A stretch of DNA of 64,000 nucleotides, taken from positions 33,017-97,016 of the forward strand of contig JAKAWT010000002.1 of NCBI GenBank assembly GCA_021816845.1, written 5' to 3'. The notes under the pieces were generated by a model. It saw only the letters and a program-made list of their open reading frames with translations. It did not search any database and was not told the origin of the DNA. This document shows, piece by piece, positions 1 to 8,795 of this stretch (positions are counted from its first letter, which is position 1; each line of letters starts with the position of its first letter). Both the position numbers and the translations under genes were made by a program. Source of the stretch: a bacterium. Its GTDB lineage: Bacteria; Patescibacteriota; Dojkabacteria; JAKAPS01; JAJZLI01.

Positions 1-285
1 AATATCACTTATAACTTTTCTTTCACTATCTTTATCTGATGCATCTCCTACTTTAGCTGTAAAATCACCAATAATTAGTACAACCTTATGCCCTAGATCC
101 TGAAAGTCTCGTAATCTTTGCATAGTTGATGCTCTTCCCAGATGTATTTGTTGTGCAGTAGGATCAATACCAAATTTTATACGTAATTTATTATCACTAT
201 CTAATAAATCCTTAAGTTCTTTTCTTGTTATCACCCTAAATGTTGCTCTATCTAATATTAGCTTTTTCTTATCTTCCTCTTTCAT
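1..285 (-). CDS. tyrS: Tyrosyl-tRNA synthetase, N-terminal part (runs off the window edge)
   Basis: Not in the ORF track. Manual translation from ATG at 285: MKEEDKKK...LRIKFGIDPTAQQIHLGRASTMQRLRDFQDLGHKVVLIIGDFTAKVGDASDKDSER, matching the TyrRS GxDPT, HIGH-like and IGDFTAxxGD motifs. Confidence 0.95.
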   Translation of the reverse strand, partial: MKEEDKKKLILDRATFRVITRKELKDLLDSDNKLRIKFGIDPTAQQIHLGRASTMQRLRDFQDLGHKVVLIIGDFTAKVGDASDKDSERKVISDI

Positions 286-335
286 CTTTTTTACATCATA
301 TTATAATAAAACTATACATATCATAACAGAAAATA

Positions 336-344
336 TGGTATAAT
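336..344 (+). promoter_or_regulatory. Extended -10 promoter (TGgTATAAT) for the PBP gene
   Basis: Perfect TGnTATAAT ending 12 nt before ATG 357; no SD sequence in between. Confidence 0.6.
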
Positions 345-356
345 TTCAAAGTATAT

Positions 357-3083
357 ATGAAGATTAATAAATTCTTACTGAAAGCTAAAAATAGAACCAG
401 CGGTAACCGTTCTTCAGGTTCCAAAGCTTTACGCAAGGTTAAAGTGAAGAATTCTAAGAATGTTAAGAATAAGCTCCTTATAAAGAAGATATTAAAGATA
501 TCATTGATGACAGTAATATTGATATTTTTAATCGGGGCTATAGGACTAACGATTCTGGTTATAAAATATGCTAATGAGTTGCCTCCACCTGGAACTCCAT
601 TTACTCGTTCATATGCACAAACTACTAGTATCTATTCAAGGGGTGGCACTCTACTCTATGCGTTTCATGGATCTCAAAATAGAGAATGGGTAAATATTAA
701 TCAAGTTTCAAAAACCATGCAATGGGCAGTAATAGCTGCAGAAGATAAAAATTTCTATCATGAACCTTTCGGGATATCATTTACTGGTATTGCTAGAGCA
801 TTCTATCATGATTTTATATTACGTTCTCCTGGTCTTCAGGGAGGTAGTACAATTACTCAACAGCTTGTTAAAGATACAGTATTATCATCACAAAGGACCT
901 TCCAAAGAAAATTAGAAGAAATTATTTTGACTATAGAAATTTCTCAGAAATATAGTAAACAGCAAGTATTAGAAGCATATTTAAATGAAGTATACTTTGG
1001 AGGAAATGCCTATGGGATTCAGGTTGCTTCCCAAGATTATTTTGGAAAAAATCCTAATCAATTAACTCTTGCTCAATGTGCTATGCTTGCAGGTATAATA
1101 CAAGCTCCTTCATTTTATTCTCCACTATTTGGGACTAATCCAAAATATGCTATACCAAGAGCAGATTATGTATTAAATCAGATGCTTGCTGATAAAAGTG
1201 AGACAGGAGTTACTGCAGCTGAGGTTAGTCAGGCAAAAAAACAACTTTTGCATATGCAATATAATACTTCAAGTCTTTCCCAAAATATCAAAGATCCTTG
1301 GTTTGTATATTATGTGAAAAATCAACTCGAACAAAAATATGGAATTAGTGCTGTTCAAGAAGGAGGATGGAAAGTGTACACAACCTTGTCTTGGAAAATG
1401 CAACAAGTTGCCCAATCTACTGTAACAGATGCAGTAAATTATCTAGTATCTTCAGGCTTAAATGCTCATAATGGATCATTAGTATCAGTAGACCCTAATA
1501 ATGGAGAAATATTGGCTATGGTGGGTGCATATAAATATGGAGTATCTTTATATAATGGTCAAATGAATGGAGATTTTAATGCCGCCCTAGCTCCGAGACA
1601 GCCCGGATCCTCTATAAAACCTTTCCTTTACTTGACAGCATTCCAAGATTTAGGGTTTGCCCCTTCAACATTCATGCCAGATTTGTATATAGATATAAAT
1701 GGTTATTCACCTACAGATTGGAATAATGTTTATAACGGTCCTATGAACATTAAAACGGCTCTAAGAGAATCAAGAAATGTTCCTGCAGTAAAAACTTTAT
1801 ATGCACTAGGTACCTCAAAGTTTATAACCGAGCTACATAAATTTGGATTTACTGGTCTATCTAGCTATCAAAATGATCTTTCTATAGCGATTGGAGCAGC
1901 AGATACTACTCTATTACAAAATACTGAGGCATACGGAGTATTAGCCAATGGTGGAGTTAAATACCCTACAGTCTCAATTTTAAAGATAGTAAGTCCTCAA
2001 GGTAAAATCATCTATCAGTATAATCCACAAAATGCAGGTACAAAAATAGTCCAGAGTAGATATACTTATCTTATAGATAGAATAATATCTAAATTCCCTA
2101 CTCTATATTACTCACCTTCTCCAATATATAAGGGTTATGCCAATGCGATAGCTGCTAAAACTGGAACTACAAATAGTAATAGAGACTTAGTTTTGATGGG
2201 TTATACACAGTCCCTTGCAACTGGTATGTGGGCTGGAAATGATAATAATGCTCCTACTACGTATAATTCATGGGGAGAAGATTTATCACCTTTTTGGAAC
2301 TCATATATGCTAAAAGTTTTACCTATGATGCCTGCAAGTCATCCATTTCAAGCCCCTCCTGGTATTACAACTGCCATGGTATGCTCGGATAGTGGTTTAT
2401 TGGCATCAGCTACAACTCCTTGTAATAAAGTCGTTGCACATTTTGCTCAAGGTCAACTTCCTAAACCTGATAATGTAAATATTATCAAAGATGTATGTCC
2501 TCAAGATCCAGCAGAATTAGCAACTTCAAGTGATATTGCATCTGGAGATTATGTACAGAAGGTATTTATACAACTTCAAGAATATTCTCCAATATTCCAG
2601 CCAGCTTTAGATGCATGGGAAAAATCTGCCGGACCTGTATATAATATACCAACAACATATTGTACGACACCTCCACCTGTATCATCTTCTAGTGGAACTA
2701 TCCAATTTACTGTGTCTAACCCTACAACAAATGAAAATTTTACTGTTGGCCCAAATAATATAAATGTTACAGGCTCTATTACTACTCAACTTGCTCAAGC
2801 TACAACATCAGTCTCAGTAAGCATTAATAACTCTTCTGGGTCATCTGTAGGTTCTGGTTCTACAGTTTTACCTAGTGGTAGTAGTAATTTTAGTATATCT
2901 ATACCTACCCCTTCATCAACTGGACAATACAGTGTATTAATAACAGTTTCTAATGGTGGTAATACTGGGACTATGACAATACCTATAAATGTAGAATCTT
3001 CTTCTTCTAATTCAAATTTTCAGAAAGTCCAATCTCCAGGGAACAAAAGCAAGCTGAGTTTGGCATTACCACCTTTGTTGTAG
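357..3083 (+). CDS. Class A penicillin-binding protein (PBP1A family; GT51 transglycosylase plus transpeptidase) with Cys-containing linker and C-terminal Ser/Thr-rich Ig-like domain
   Basis: One TM helix; AAEDKNFY, GGSTITQQLVKD, RKLEE and YLNEVYFG GT51 motifs; SSIK, SRN and KTG transpeptidase motifs. Confidence 0.95.
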   Translation: MKINKFLLKAKNRTSGNRSSGSKALRKVKVKNSKNVKNKLLIKKILKISLMTVILIFLIGAIGLTILVIKYANELPPPGTPFTRSYAQTTSIYSRGGTLLYAFHGSQNREWVNINQVSKTMQWAVIAAEDKNFYHEPFGISFTGIARAFYHDFILRSPGLQGGSTITQQLVKDTVLSSQRTFQRKLEEIILTIEISQKYSKQQVLEAYLNEVYFGGNAYGIQVASQDYFGKNPNQLTLAQCAMLAGIIQAPSFYSPLFGTNPKYAIPRADYVLNQMLADKSETGVTAAEVSQAKKQLLHMQYNTSSLSQNIKDPWFVYYVKNQLEQKYGISAVQEGGWKVYTTLSWKMQQVAQSTVTDAVNYLVSSGLNAHNGSLVSVDPNNGEILAMVGAYKYGVSLYNGQMNGDFNAALAPRQPGSSIKPFLYLTAFQDLGFAPSTFMPDLYIDINGYSPTDWNNVYNGPMNIKTALRESRNVPAVKTLYALGTSKFITELHKFGFTGLSSYQNDLSIAIGAADTTLLQNTEAYGVLANGGVKYPTVSILKIVSPQGKIIYQYNPQNAGTKIVQSRYTYLIDRIISKFPTLYYSPSPIYKGYANAIAAKTGTTNSNRDLVLMGYTQSLATGMWAGNDNNAPTTYNSWGEDLSPFWNSYMLKVLPMMPASHPFQAPPGITTAMVCSDSGLLASATTPCNKVVAHFAQGQLPKPDNVNIIKDVCPQDPAELATSSDIASGDYVQKVFIQLQEYSPIFQPALDAWEKSAGPVYNIPTTYCTTPPPVSSSSGTIQFTVSNPTTNENFTVGPNNINVTGSITTQLAQATTSVSVSINNSSGSSVGSGSTVLPSGSSNFSISIPTPSSTGQYSVLITVSNGGNTGTMTIPINVESSSSNSNFQKVQSPGNKSKLSLALPPLL

Positions 3084-3088
3084 TAATA

Positions 3089-5476
3089 CTATCTAAAAGT
3101 AAGGGTGTCCTTAAATTCCTTCAATAATGTGTTTTTTATATCATCAATCTTATCTTTTATTTCAGTACCTAAAAATGTTTTCTCAAAGTTTTCAAACACC
3201 AATCTTATTGTTATACTTGTTTCATCATTTTTGATCTTGTCTCCGTTATAAATATCTATAATATCTTTTGTTTTTAGATTTGTGTCATTAATTTTATCCA
3301 GTATGTCTTTAGAATTAATTTTATTTTTATATAATATTGTTATATCTTCTTTTATTTCTGGAAATTTAGATATATTTTTTATATTAATAAATTTACCTAT
3401 ATTATTATGTAGATCTTCTATATTAATATCAAAAATTGATAAGCTTCCATATATCCCGAAGTTTTCTTTAACAAGTGAACTTATATCACCTATCTCACCT
3501 ATATAGTTTCCAGATATATAAACTTTACTACCCTTATTCTTTAAAAATGGTTTCTCTGGGTTACCACTATATTCGAATGTATTATTCAAATTCAAATATA
3601 AATTTATGGTATCAAGGATTCCTTTTATATGGAAAAATGACTCCTCTTTATCTTTACTAAAATATGCAGTTATAAGATGTAACTCTTCTTTTGGTTGAAT
3701 AGTATTGTTTTTTAGATAAATATTAGCTATCTCATATAATATAAAAGAATCCATATGTTTTTGGTTAGTACTTACTATATCAAGCATGGATGGTATTAAT
3801 GAAGGTCTTAAAAGATCAAAATTGGGTGATATAGGATTTAAGATCCTTATTGAATCATTTTTGATTAAAGATTTATCCATTAAAGCCTGGTTTATGAAAG
3901 AATAGGTCTTTATTTCATAACCTCCAAGCGATGCGATGATTCTTATTATCTTATTATTCATTTCAAATGTAAGGTTCTTTCTTACAGGCATAATAGTCAT
4001 ATTGGAATCTTCAATATTAATATTGTCATATCCATATATCCTACCAATCTCTTCAATCAAGTCTACATCTTCTTTTATATCAAATCTTGTATCAGGTATA
4101 GTTGCAAAAATAAAATTTTTAATTTGTTTATTTTTAATATCTAAACTTGATAATATACTAGAAACATCATTTATAGGGATATTCATTCCTAAAACTTTCT
4201 CTATTTTAGAGATGTCCAATTTTATAACTAAATTATCCTCCAATTTTTTTGTTATAACATCAGTAACTAAGCTTGATATATTACCATTAGTAGTTTGTAT
4301 AATTAGATCTATTGCATAATTTAATGCTTTTAATGCTAATGACTGTGAAATACCTTTCTCATACCTTAATACTGCTTCAGATCTTATATTCACTGATTTT
4401 GCACTTTTTCTAACAAGTGATGAATTAAAGGTTGCACTTTCTAGTAATATGCTTTGCGTATTTTCATCTATTTCTGATTCTTTTCCTCCCATTACCCCAG
4501 CTATTCCTATACTTGCATTTTTTGTTGCTATGACATAATTATTTTCTTTTAATAATCTTCTTTTTGAATCAAGGGTAATAATTTCTTCATTATATTTTGC
4601 TTTCCTTACATATATTTCTAGATTATTATCTTTAGATATTTTTGAAAGGTCAAAGGCGTGTAAAGGTTGTCCTAAATTTACCATCACATAGTTTGTTATA
4701 TCTACTATGTTGTTTATAGGTTTAATACCTAAATTTTTCAATCTTTCTCTCATCCAGAAAGGAGATTCTTCAACTTTGAGATTGTCAATAGTAACTGCAC
4801 AATATCTATAACAAAATTCTTTATCCTCAATATTAACCTTTAATTTGTTATCCTTGTTAGTTCTTATTTTGGGTATAACTTTTTCACTAAAAGGTTTATT
4901 TTGTATAGCAGCAAATTCCCTTGCAATACCCTGATGGGAAAATAAATCACCTCTATGAGATATAACTTTGTTGTCAATATCTATAATTGTATCTTTGATG
5001 ACACTTTTGAGGCTTTTACCTATATATTTTCTAAATAACATATCTTCAGTAGATCCAGATCCAAGATCAAGAATTCCAGAATGGTTTTCTCCTAAACCTA
5101 GTTCTTTCTCTGAACACATCATTCCATAAGATATCTCACCTCTAAAATCATGTTTTTCTATATTCTGTCCATTTATCTTTCCTCCTGCCAAAACTACTGG
5201 GACTATCATCCCTTTATATACATTAGGTGCTCCAGTTATGATTTGTATTTCCTTATTCTTAATGTCTACCTTTGTTACATAAAGTCTATCTGCATTCTTG
5301 TGTTTATAAATCTCTTTTACTTCACCTATTAATATGTCCTCTTCAAATGAAGGATATTCTGTTATTGAATCAACATCCACTGATTTTATTGCGAATCTAT
5401 CTATAAGGTTATAAAGATCGTTCCTATTGTCAGGGATATAGGTATATTTTTTTATTAAATCTAAAGATATTTTCAT
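3089..5476 (-). CDS. pheT: Phenylalanyl-tRNA synthetase beta subunit
   Basis: tRNA-binding OB domain (HKNADRL, GMMCSEKELG), NNIVDITNYVM..GQPLHAFD, DLIEEIGRIYGY; follows pheS. Confidence 0.97.
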   Translation of the reverse strand: MKISLDLIKKYTYIPDNRNDLYNLIDRFAIKSVDVDSITEYPSFEEDILIGEVKEIYKHKNADRLYVTKVDIKNKEIQIITGAPNVYKGMIVPVVLAGGKINGQNIEKHDFRGEISYGMMCSEKELGLGENHSGILDLGSGSTEDMLFRKYIGKSLKSVIKDTIIDIDNKVISHRGDLFSHQGIAREFAAIQNKPFSEKVIPKIRTNKDNKLKVNIEDKEFCYRYCAVTIDNLKVEESPFWMRERLKNLGIKPINNIVDITNYVMVNLGQPLHAFDLSKISKDNNLEIYVRKAKYNEEIITLDSKRRLLKENNYVIATKNASIGIAGVMGGKESEIDENTQSILLESATFNSSLVRKSAKSVNIRSEAVLRYEKGISQSLALKALNYAIDLIIQTTNGNISSLVTDVITKKLEDNLVIKLDISKIEKVLGMNIPINDVSSILSSLDIKNKQIKNFIFATIPDTRFDIKEDVDLIEEIGRIYGYDNINIEDSNMTIMPVRKNLTFEMNNKIIRIIASLGGYEIKTYSFINQALMDKSLIKNDSIRILNPISPNFDLLRPSLIPSMLDIVSTNQKHMDSFILYEIANIYLKNNTIQPKEELHLITAYFSKDKEESFFHIKGILDTINLYLNLNNTFEYSGNPEKPFLKNKGSKVYISGNYIGEIGDISSLVKENFGIYGSLSIFDINIEDLHNNIGKFINIKNISKFPEIKEDITILYKNKINSKDILDKINDTNLKTKDIIDIYNGDKIKNDETSITIRLVFENFEKTFLGTEIKDKIDDIKNTLLKEFKDTLTFR

Positions 5477-6534
5477 TATATGTTCCTAAATTGAGATAAG
5501 AATCTTATATCATTTTCATAGAAAAGTCTTGTATCATCAACTCTGTCTTTTATCATAACTAGTCTTTCTATACCTGTCCCGAATGCAAATCCTTGATATT
5601 TATTTGGGTCTATATTAACATTTCTCAGTACTTGTGGGTGTACCATACCAGCTCCTAACAGTTCTAGCCATCCTTTATTGGAGCATATTTTGCACCCCTT
5701 CATATCGCAAAATATGCAAGAACAATCTATTTCTATACTTGGCTCTGTAAAAGGAAAATATGAGTTTCTTATTCTTAATCTTATATTCTCATTATCAAAT
5801 ATCCTTTTTAAGGCTCCTTGCAATATATTTGATAAATCTTTTAAATTACTTTTATCATCAATAACTAACCCTTCAAATTGATGAAACATAAAGGAATGTC
5901 TAGAATCACTATTTTCATTCCTATAAACTTTTCCCGGTGCGATAATCCTTATTGGTGGAGCATTATTCTGCATTGTTCTTATCTGGACAGAAGAGGTATG
6001 AGTCCTTGGTAGTAATTCATCTTCCTTTATATAAAATGTGTCTTGCATGTCTCTAGCAGGATGCCCTATTGGTATATTTAATGCTTGAAAACAAAACCAA
6101 TCAGTTTCAATTTCAGGGCCTTCTGCAATTTCGAAACCATAGACCGCAAAAGTATCTTCTATTAGTTTTATCATTGCACTGATTGGATGGATAGAGCCTA
6201 TACTCAATGTTTTACCTGTATTTAATTTATATCCTGATATTGTAGTGTCTATTGTTTCACTATCCTCTTTGTCATAAAGAGTTTGTCTTAATTTCTCTTC
6301 TTGCTGTTTCAAATTATTGGAGATATTCTCTTTTACTTTGTTGGCAAATTGACCAATTTCTTTTCTTTCTGAAATAGTTAATTTTGATATATTTCTCAAT
6401 ATTGCTGATAAATCGCTGTTCTTTCCTAAATTAGTAGAGTGGAATTTCTTAATATCCTCTAGATTTTCTAGAGTTTCTATAGCACTTATAGATGTTTTCC
6501 ATATTTTTTCAACATCCTTTTTTATTTTTTCCAT
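5476..6534 (-). CDS. pheS: Phenylalanyl-tRNA synthetase alpha subunit
   Basis: HPARDMQDTF, RTHTSSVQ, FHQFEGL, YFPFTEPS, GFAFGTGIERL. Confidence 0.98.
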   Translation of the reverse strand: MEKIKKDVEKIWKTSISAIETLENLEDIKKFHSTNLGKNSDLSAILRNISKLTISERKEIGQFANKVKENISNNLKQQEEKLRQTLYDKEDSETIDTTISGYKLNTGKTLSIGSIHPISAMIKLIEDTFAVYGFEIAEGPEIETDWFCFQALNIPIGHPARDMQDTFYIKEDELLPRTHTSSVQIRTMQNNAPPIRIIAPGKVYRNENSDSRHSFMFHQFEGLVIDDKSNLKDLSNILQGALKRIFDNENIRLRIRNSYFPFTEPSIEIDCSCIFCDMKGCKICSNKGWLELLGAGMVHPQVLRNVNIDPNKYQGFAFGTGIERLVMIKDRVDDTRLFYENDIRFLSQFRNI

Positions 6535-6538
6535 TTGG

Positions 6539-6889
6539 TTATTCTTTATTCTGTACTGTATTTACAATACTTTTGAACACTGCATAATCTTCTGTAGCAA
6601 AATGAGCCAAAACCTTTCTGTTGATTTCAATCTTTTTATCCTTTTCAAGCTTAGAAAATGTTGAATAATTTATACTAAAATCTTTAAGTGCTGCATTTAT
6701 CCTTATAATCCATAATTTCTTTATGTCATTCTTCTTTTGTTTTCTCCCATTAAATGAATACTGCCCTGCATGTAAAATAGCCTCTTTAGCAGTTTTAACT
6801 AATGCATGTTTAGTTAGTCTATAACCTTTGGTTTGTTTATGAACTTTATTATGTCTTGCATGTTTTGTAATTCCTTTTTTTATTCTCAT
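6539..6889 (-). CDS. rplT: 50S ribosomal protein L20
   Basis: MRIKKG..., LWIIRINAA, INRKVLA; synteny infC-rpmI-rplT. Confidence 0.96.
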   Translation of the reverse strand: MRIKKGITKHARHNKVHKQTKGYRLTKHALVKTAKEAILHAGQYSFNGRKQKKNDIKKLWIIRINAALKDFSINYSTFSKLEKDKKIEINRKVLAHFATEDYAVFKSIVNTVQNKE

Positions 6890-6893
6890 GGTA

Positions 6894-7082
6894 TTATTTT
6901 ACAAATTTTAATATTTTTGAAGTTGCAGTCTTTGATAATACTTGATCTTTTCTATCTCTGTTTTTACGCTTAGAAGTTCTTTTAGATATAAGATGATTAA
7001 CTCCTTTTATCTTATGTAGAAGCTTATTATTCTTTGTCCTTTTGAATCTTTTTGAGATAATTTTTTTTGTTTTTATTTTCAT
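6894..7082 (-). CDS. rpmI: 50S ribosomal protein L35
   Basis: 62 aa basic protein, KIKTKK...KRFKRT...HL; lies between infC and rplT. Confidence 0.92.
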   Translation of the reverse strand: MKIKTKKIISKRFKRTKNNKLLHKIKGVNHLISKRTSKRKNRDRKDQVLSKTATSKILKFVK

Positions 7083-7098
7083 TTTTAAATCTATTCTA

Positions 7099-7611
7099 TT
7101 ATGTTATCGGTTGAACTTGAGCTATAGTATTCCTACCTTCTTGTTTAGGAATATTTTCTATTTTAGCATCGTCTTTTAAGCTTTCTATAATTCTATCCAT
7201 AAGTATTCTGGAATTTTCTACATTTCCTCTCCCAGTTTGACGTATAACTATCTTTACTCTATGATGATCTTCCAAGAACTCTTTTATTTTATTTATTTTA
7301 TTATTATAATCTCCTATTCCAATAAAAGGCTTGAATCTAATTTCTTTTATCTCTTTATGTCTATTTTTCTTGTTTGCCTCCCTATCCTTTTTACTCTGTT
7401 CATATTTATACTTTGAATATGACATTATCTTGCAAACTGGAGGATTGGCATTTGGTGCAATTTCTATTAAATCTAATCCTCTATCTTGAGCTTTTATTAT
7501 GGCATCTTGTTTATTTAATATACCAAGGAATTCACCATTTTCATCAATAACCCTCAATTCATTGGCTTTTATGTAATTATTATAACTTATAAATCTCCTT
7601 TTCAGGTTAAT
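7099..7611 (-). CDS. infC: Translation initiation factor IF-3, probable ATT start codon at 7611
   Basis: IF3 motifs (LRVIDENG, LDLIEIAPNANPPVCKI, KEIRF). The frame extends 18 codons upstream of the track's TTG (7557) to an ATT preceded by SD AAGGAGG (7617-7623) at 5 nt spacing. Confidence 0.95.
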   Translation of the reverse strand: MNLKRRFISYNNYIKANELRVIDENGEFLGILNKQDAIIKAQDRGLDLIEIAPNANPPVCKIMSYSKYKYEQSKKDREANKKNRHKEIKEIRFKPFIGIGDYNNKINKIKEFLEDHHRVKIVIRQTGRGNVENSRILMDRIIESLKDDAKIENIPKQEGRNTIAQVQPIT

Positions 7612-7616
7612 AGAAT

Positions 7617-7673
7617 CCTCCTTATTTGAACTAATAATATTGTGATAATATCAAAGATTTTTTTCTTTGTAAA
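7617..7673 (-). promoter_or_regulatory. Sigma70-type promoter (TTTACA-17nt-TATTAT, with TG extension) and Shine-Dalgarno for the infC-rpmI-rplT-pheST operon
   Basis: -35 at 7668-7673, -10 at 7645-7650, SD AAGGAGG at 7617-7623, all read on the minus strand. Confidence 0.65.
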
Positions 7674-7683
7674 GTAATATCAT

Positions 7684-8274
7684 TCAATAATTTATTTTTT
7701 TATTATTTTCTTCCAGGAATTTTAAATTTGATTCAATAAAATGTGCAAATTTTTCTTTTTGTATATTTGATATCTTATATTTTTTACCAAAAATATCCTC
7801 AAAGGCTTCTGTCTGAGTAAAAATTTCTATATTAAGGTCATTATTTTCATGATACACAATTATTTTAGTGAAGTCTTCATTTTTACTTTCTATAGAGTAT
7901 GTTATAGTCTCTCTATTTTCATCTATACTTACTATAATATATATAGGACTGGAATTTAAATCAGGGGTACGTATCCTAAATGCAACATACCTTTCTCCAC
8001 TAATTTGTAATTTTTTTTCAATATCATATTCATTTTCAAGGTATATATAACTTTTATTATATATATTAATTAAAGAATAGAAAGAAGTAATCAGTTTTAT
8101 AGCATATATGTCCTTACCTTCTATACTTTCTATAAACTTTAACTGATTAGTAATTTCTTTTTTGATATTGGAGACTATATAATCAAAAAGTTCTTTATCA
8201 TAACCTTTGAAAGGATTATATATTTTTGTCTTAGTGAGAAGTTTTAAGTACCTTGAAATTACAAATTCATCCAT
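7684..8274 (-). CDS. Hypothetical protein (about 196 aa; start probably ATG 8274 rather than 8322)
   Basis: Long ORF filling the gap. ATG at 8274 overlaps the upstream stop (ATGGATGA), suggesting translational coupling. No recognisable motif. Confidence 0.7.
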   Translation of the reverse strand: MDEFVISRYLKLLTKTKIYNPFKGYDKELFDYIVSNIKKEITNQLKFIESIEGKDIYAIKLITSFYSLINIYNKSYIYLENEYDIEKKLQISGERYVAFRIRTPDLNSSPIYIIVSIDENRETITYSIESKNEDFTKIIVYHENNDLNIEIFTQTEAFEDIFGKKYKISNIQKEKFAHFIESNLKFLEENNKKINY

Positions 8275-8716
8275 ATATTTTATTTGAAAAGTCATCAACA
8301 AAGGTGTTATATTCTTTTTCAAGAACTACTTCTTTTTCAATATTTTTTATAAAACCAGCATACTGCATTGCTCCCTTCAAAATATTAATCTTTATTTTTT
8401 TCTCTATTATAACTTTGTATCCCCTCCTCTGTTTTTTCTCAAGTTCGAAAGTGTAAATTCCACTATCATTTTTTATTCCAATAATAAACTTTGGTGTTAA
8501 GTGAATATACCCTTTATATGGTTTATTAAAGAATAAAATCTTATCAGAGTGGATTCCATTTCTAGTCTTTTTCTTTACAAGCATACTTTGCTTTGGATTT
8601 ACTAACATATGCCTTAAATTTAATATTTCACTGCTTAAATTCTGACTTTCAAACTTTTTAGAGGTATCTATTATAAAGAGTTCTAGCTTATTGTAGAAAG
8701 AGACATTCTGACTCAT
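8267..8716 (-). CDS. Hypothetical basic protein (149 aa)
   Basis: ORF with its own promoter-like sequence upstream; no recognisable motif. Confidence 0.7.
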   Translation of the reverse strand: MSQNVSFYNKLELFIIDTSKKFESQNLSSEILNLRHMLVNPKQSMLVKKKTRNGIHSDKILFFNKPYKGYIHLTPKFIIGIKNDSGIYTFELEKKQRRGYKVIIEKKIKINILKGAMQYAGFIKNIEKEVVLEKEYNTFVDDFSNKIYG

Positions 8717-8724
8717 ATAACTCC

Positions 8725-8753
8725 ATTATATATATAGTAATTATTCTTTACAA
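8725..8753 (-). promoter_or_regulatory. Sigma70-type promoter TTGTAA-17nt-TATAAT, 8 nt before ATG 8716
   Basis: Direct reading of the minus strand; canonical spacing. Confidence 0.6.
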
Positions 8754-8795
8754 TAGGAAATATTATTTAAAATAAGCTTATTTTAAATTACAAAA

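Noticed and set aside
5670-5725. Cys cluster CIFCDMKGCKIC in PheS
   Set aside because: A known common insertion in many bacterial PheS; not novel.
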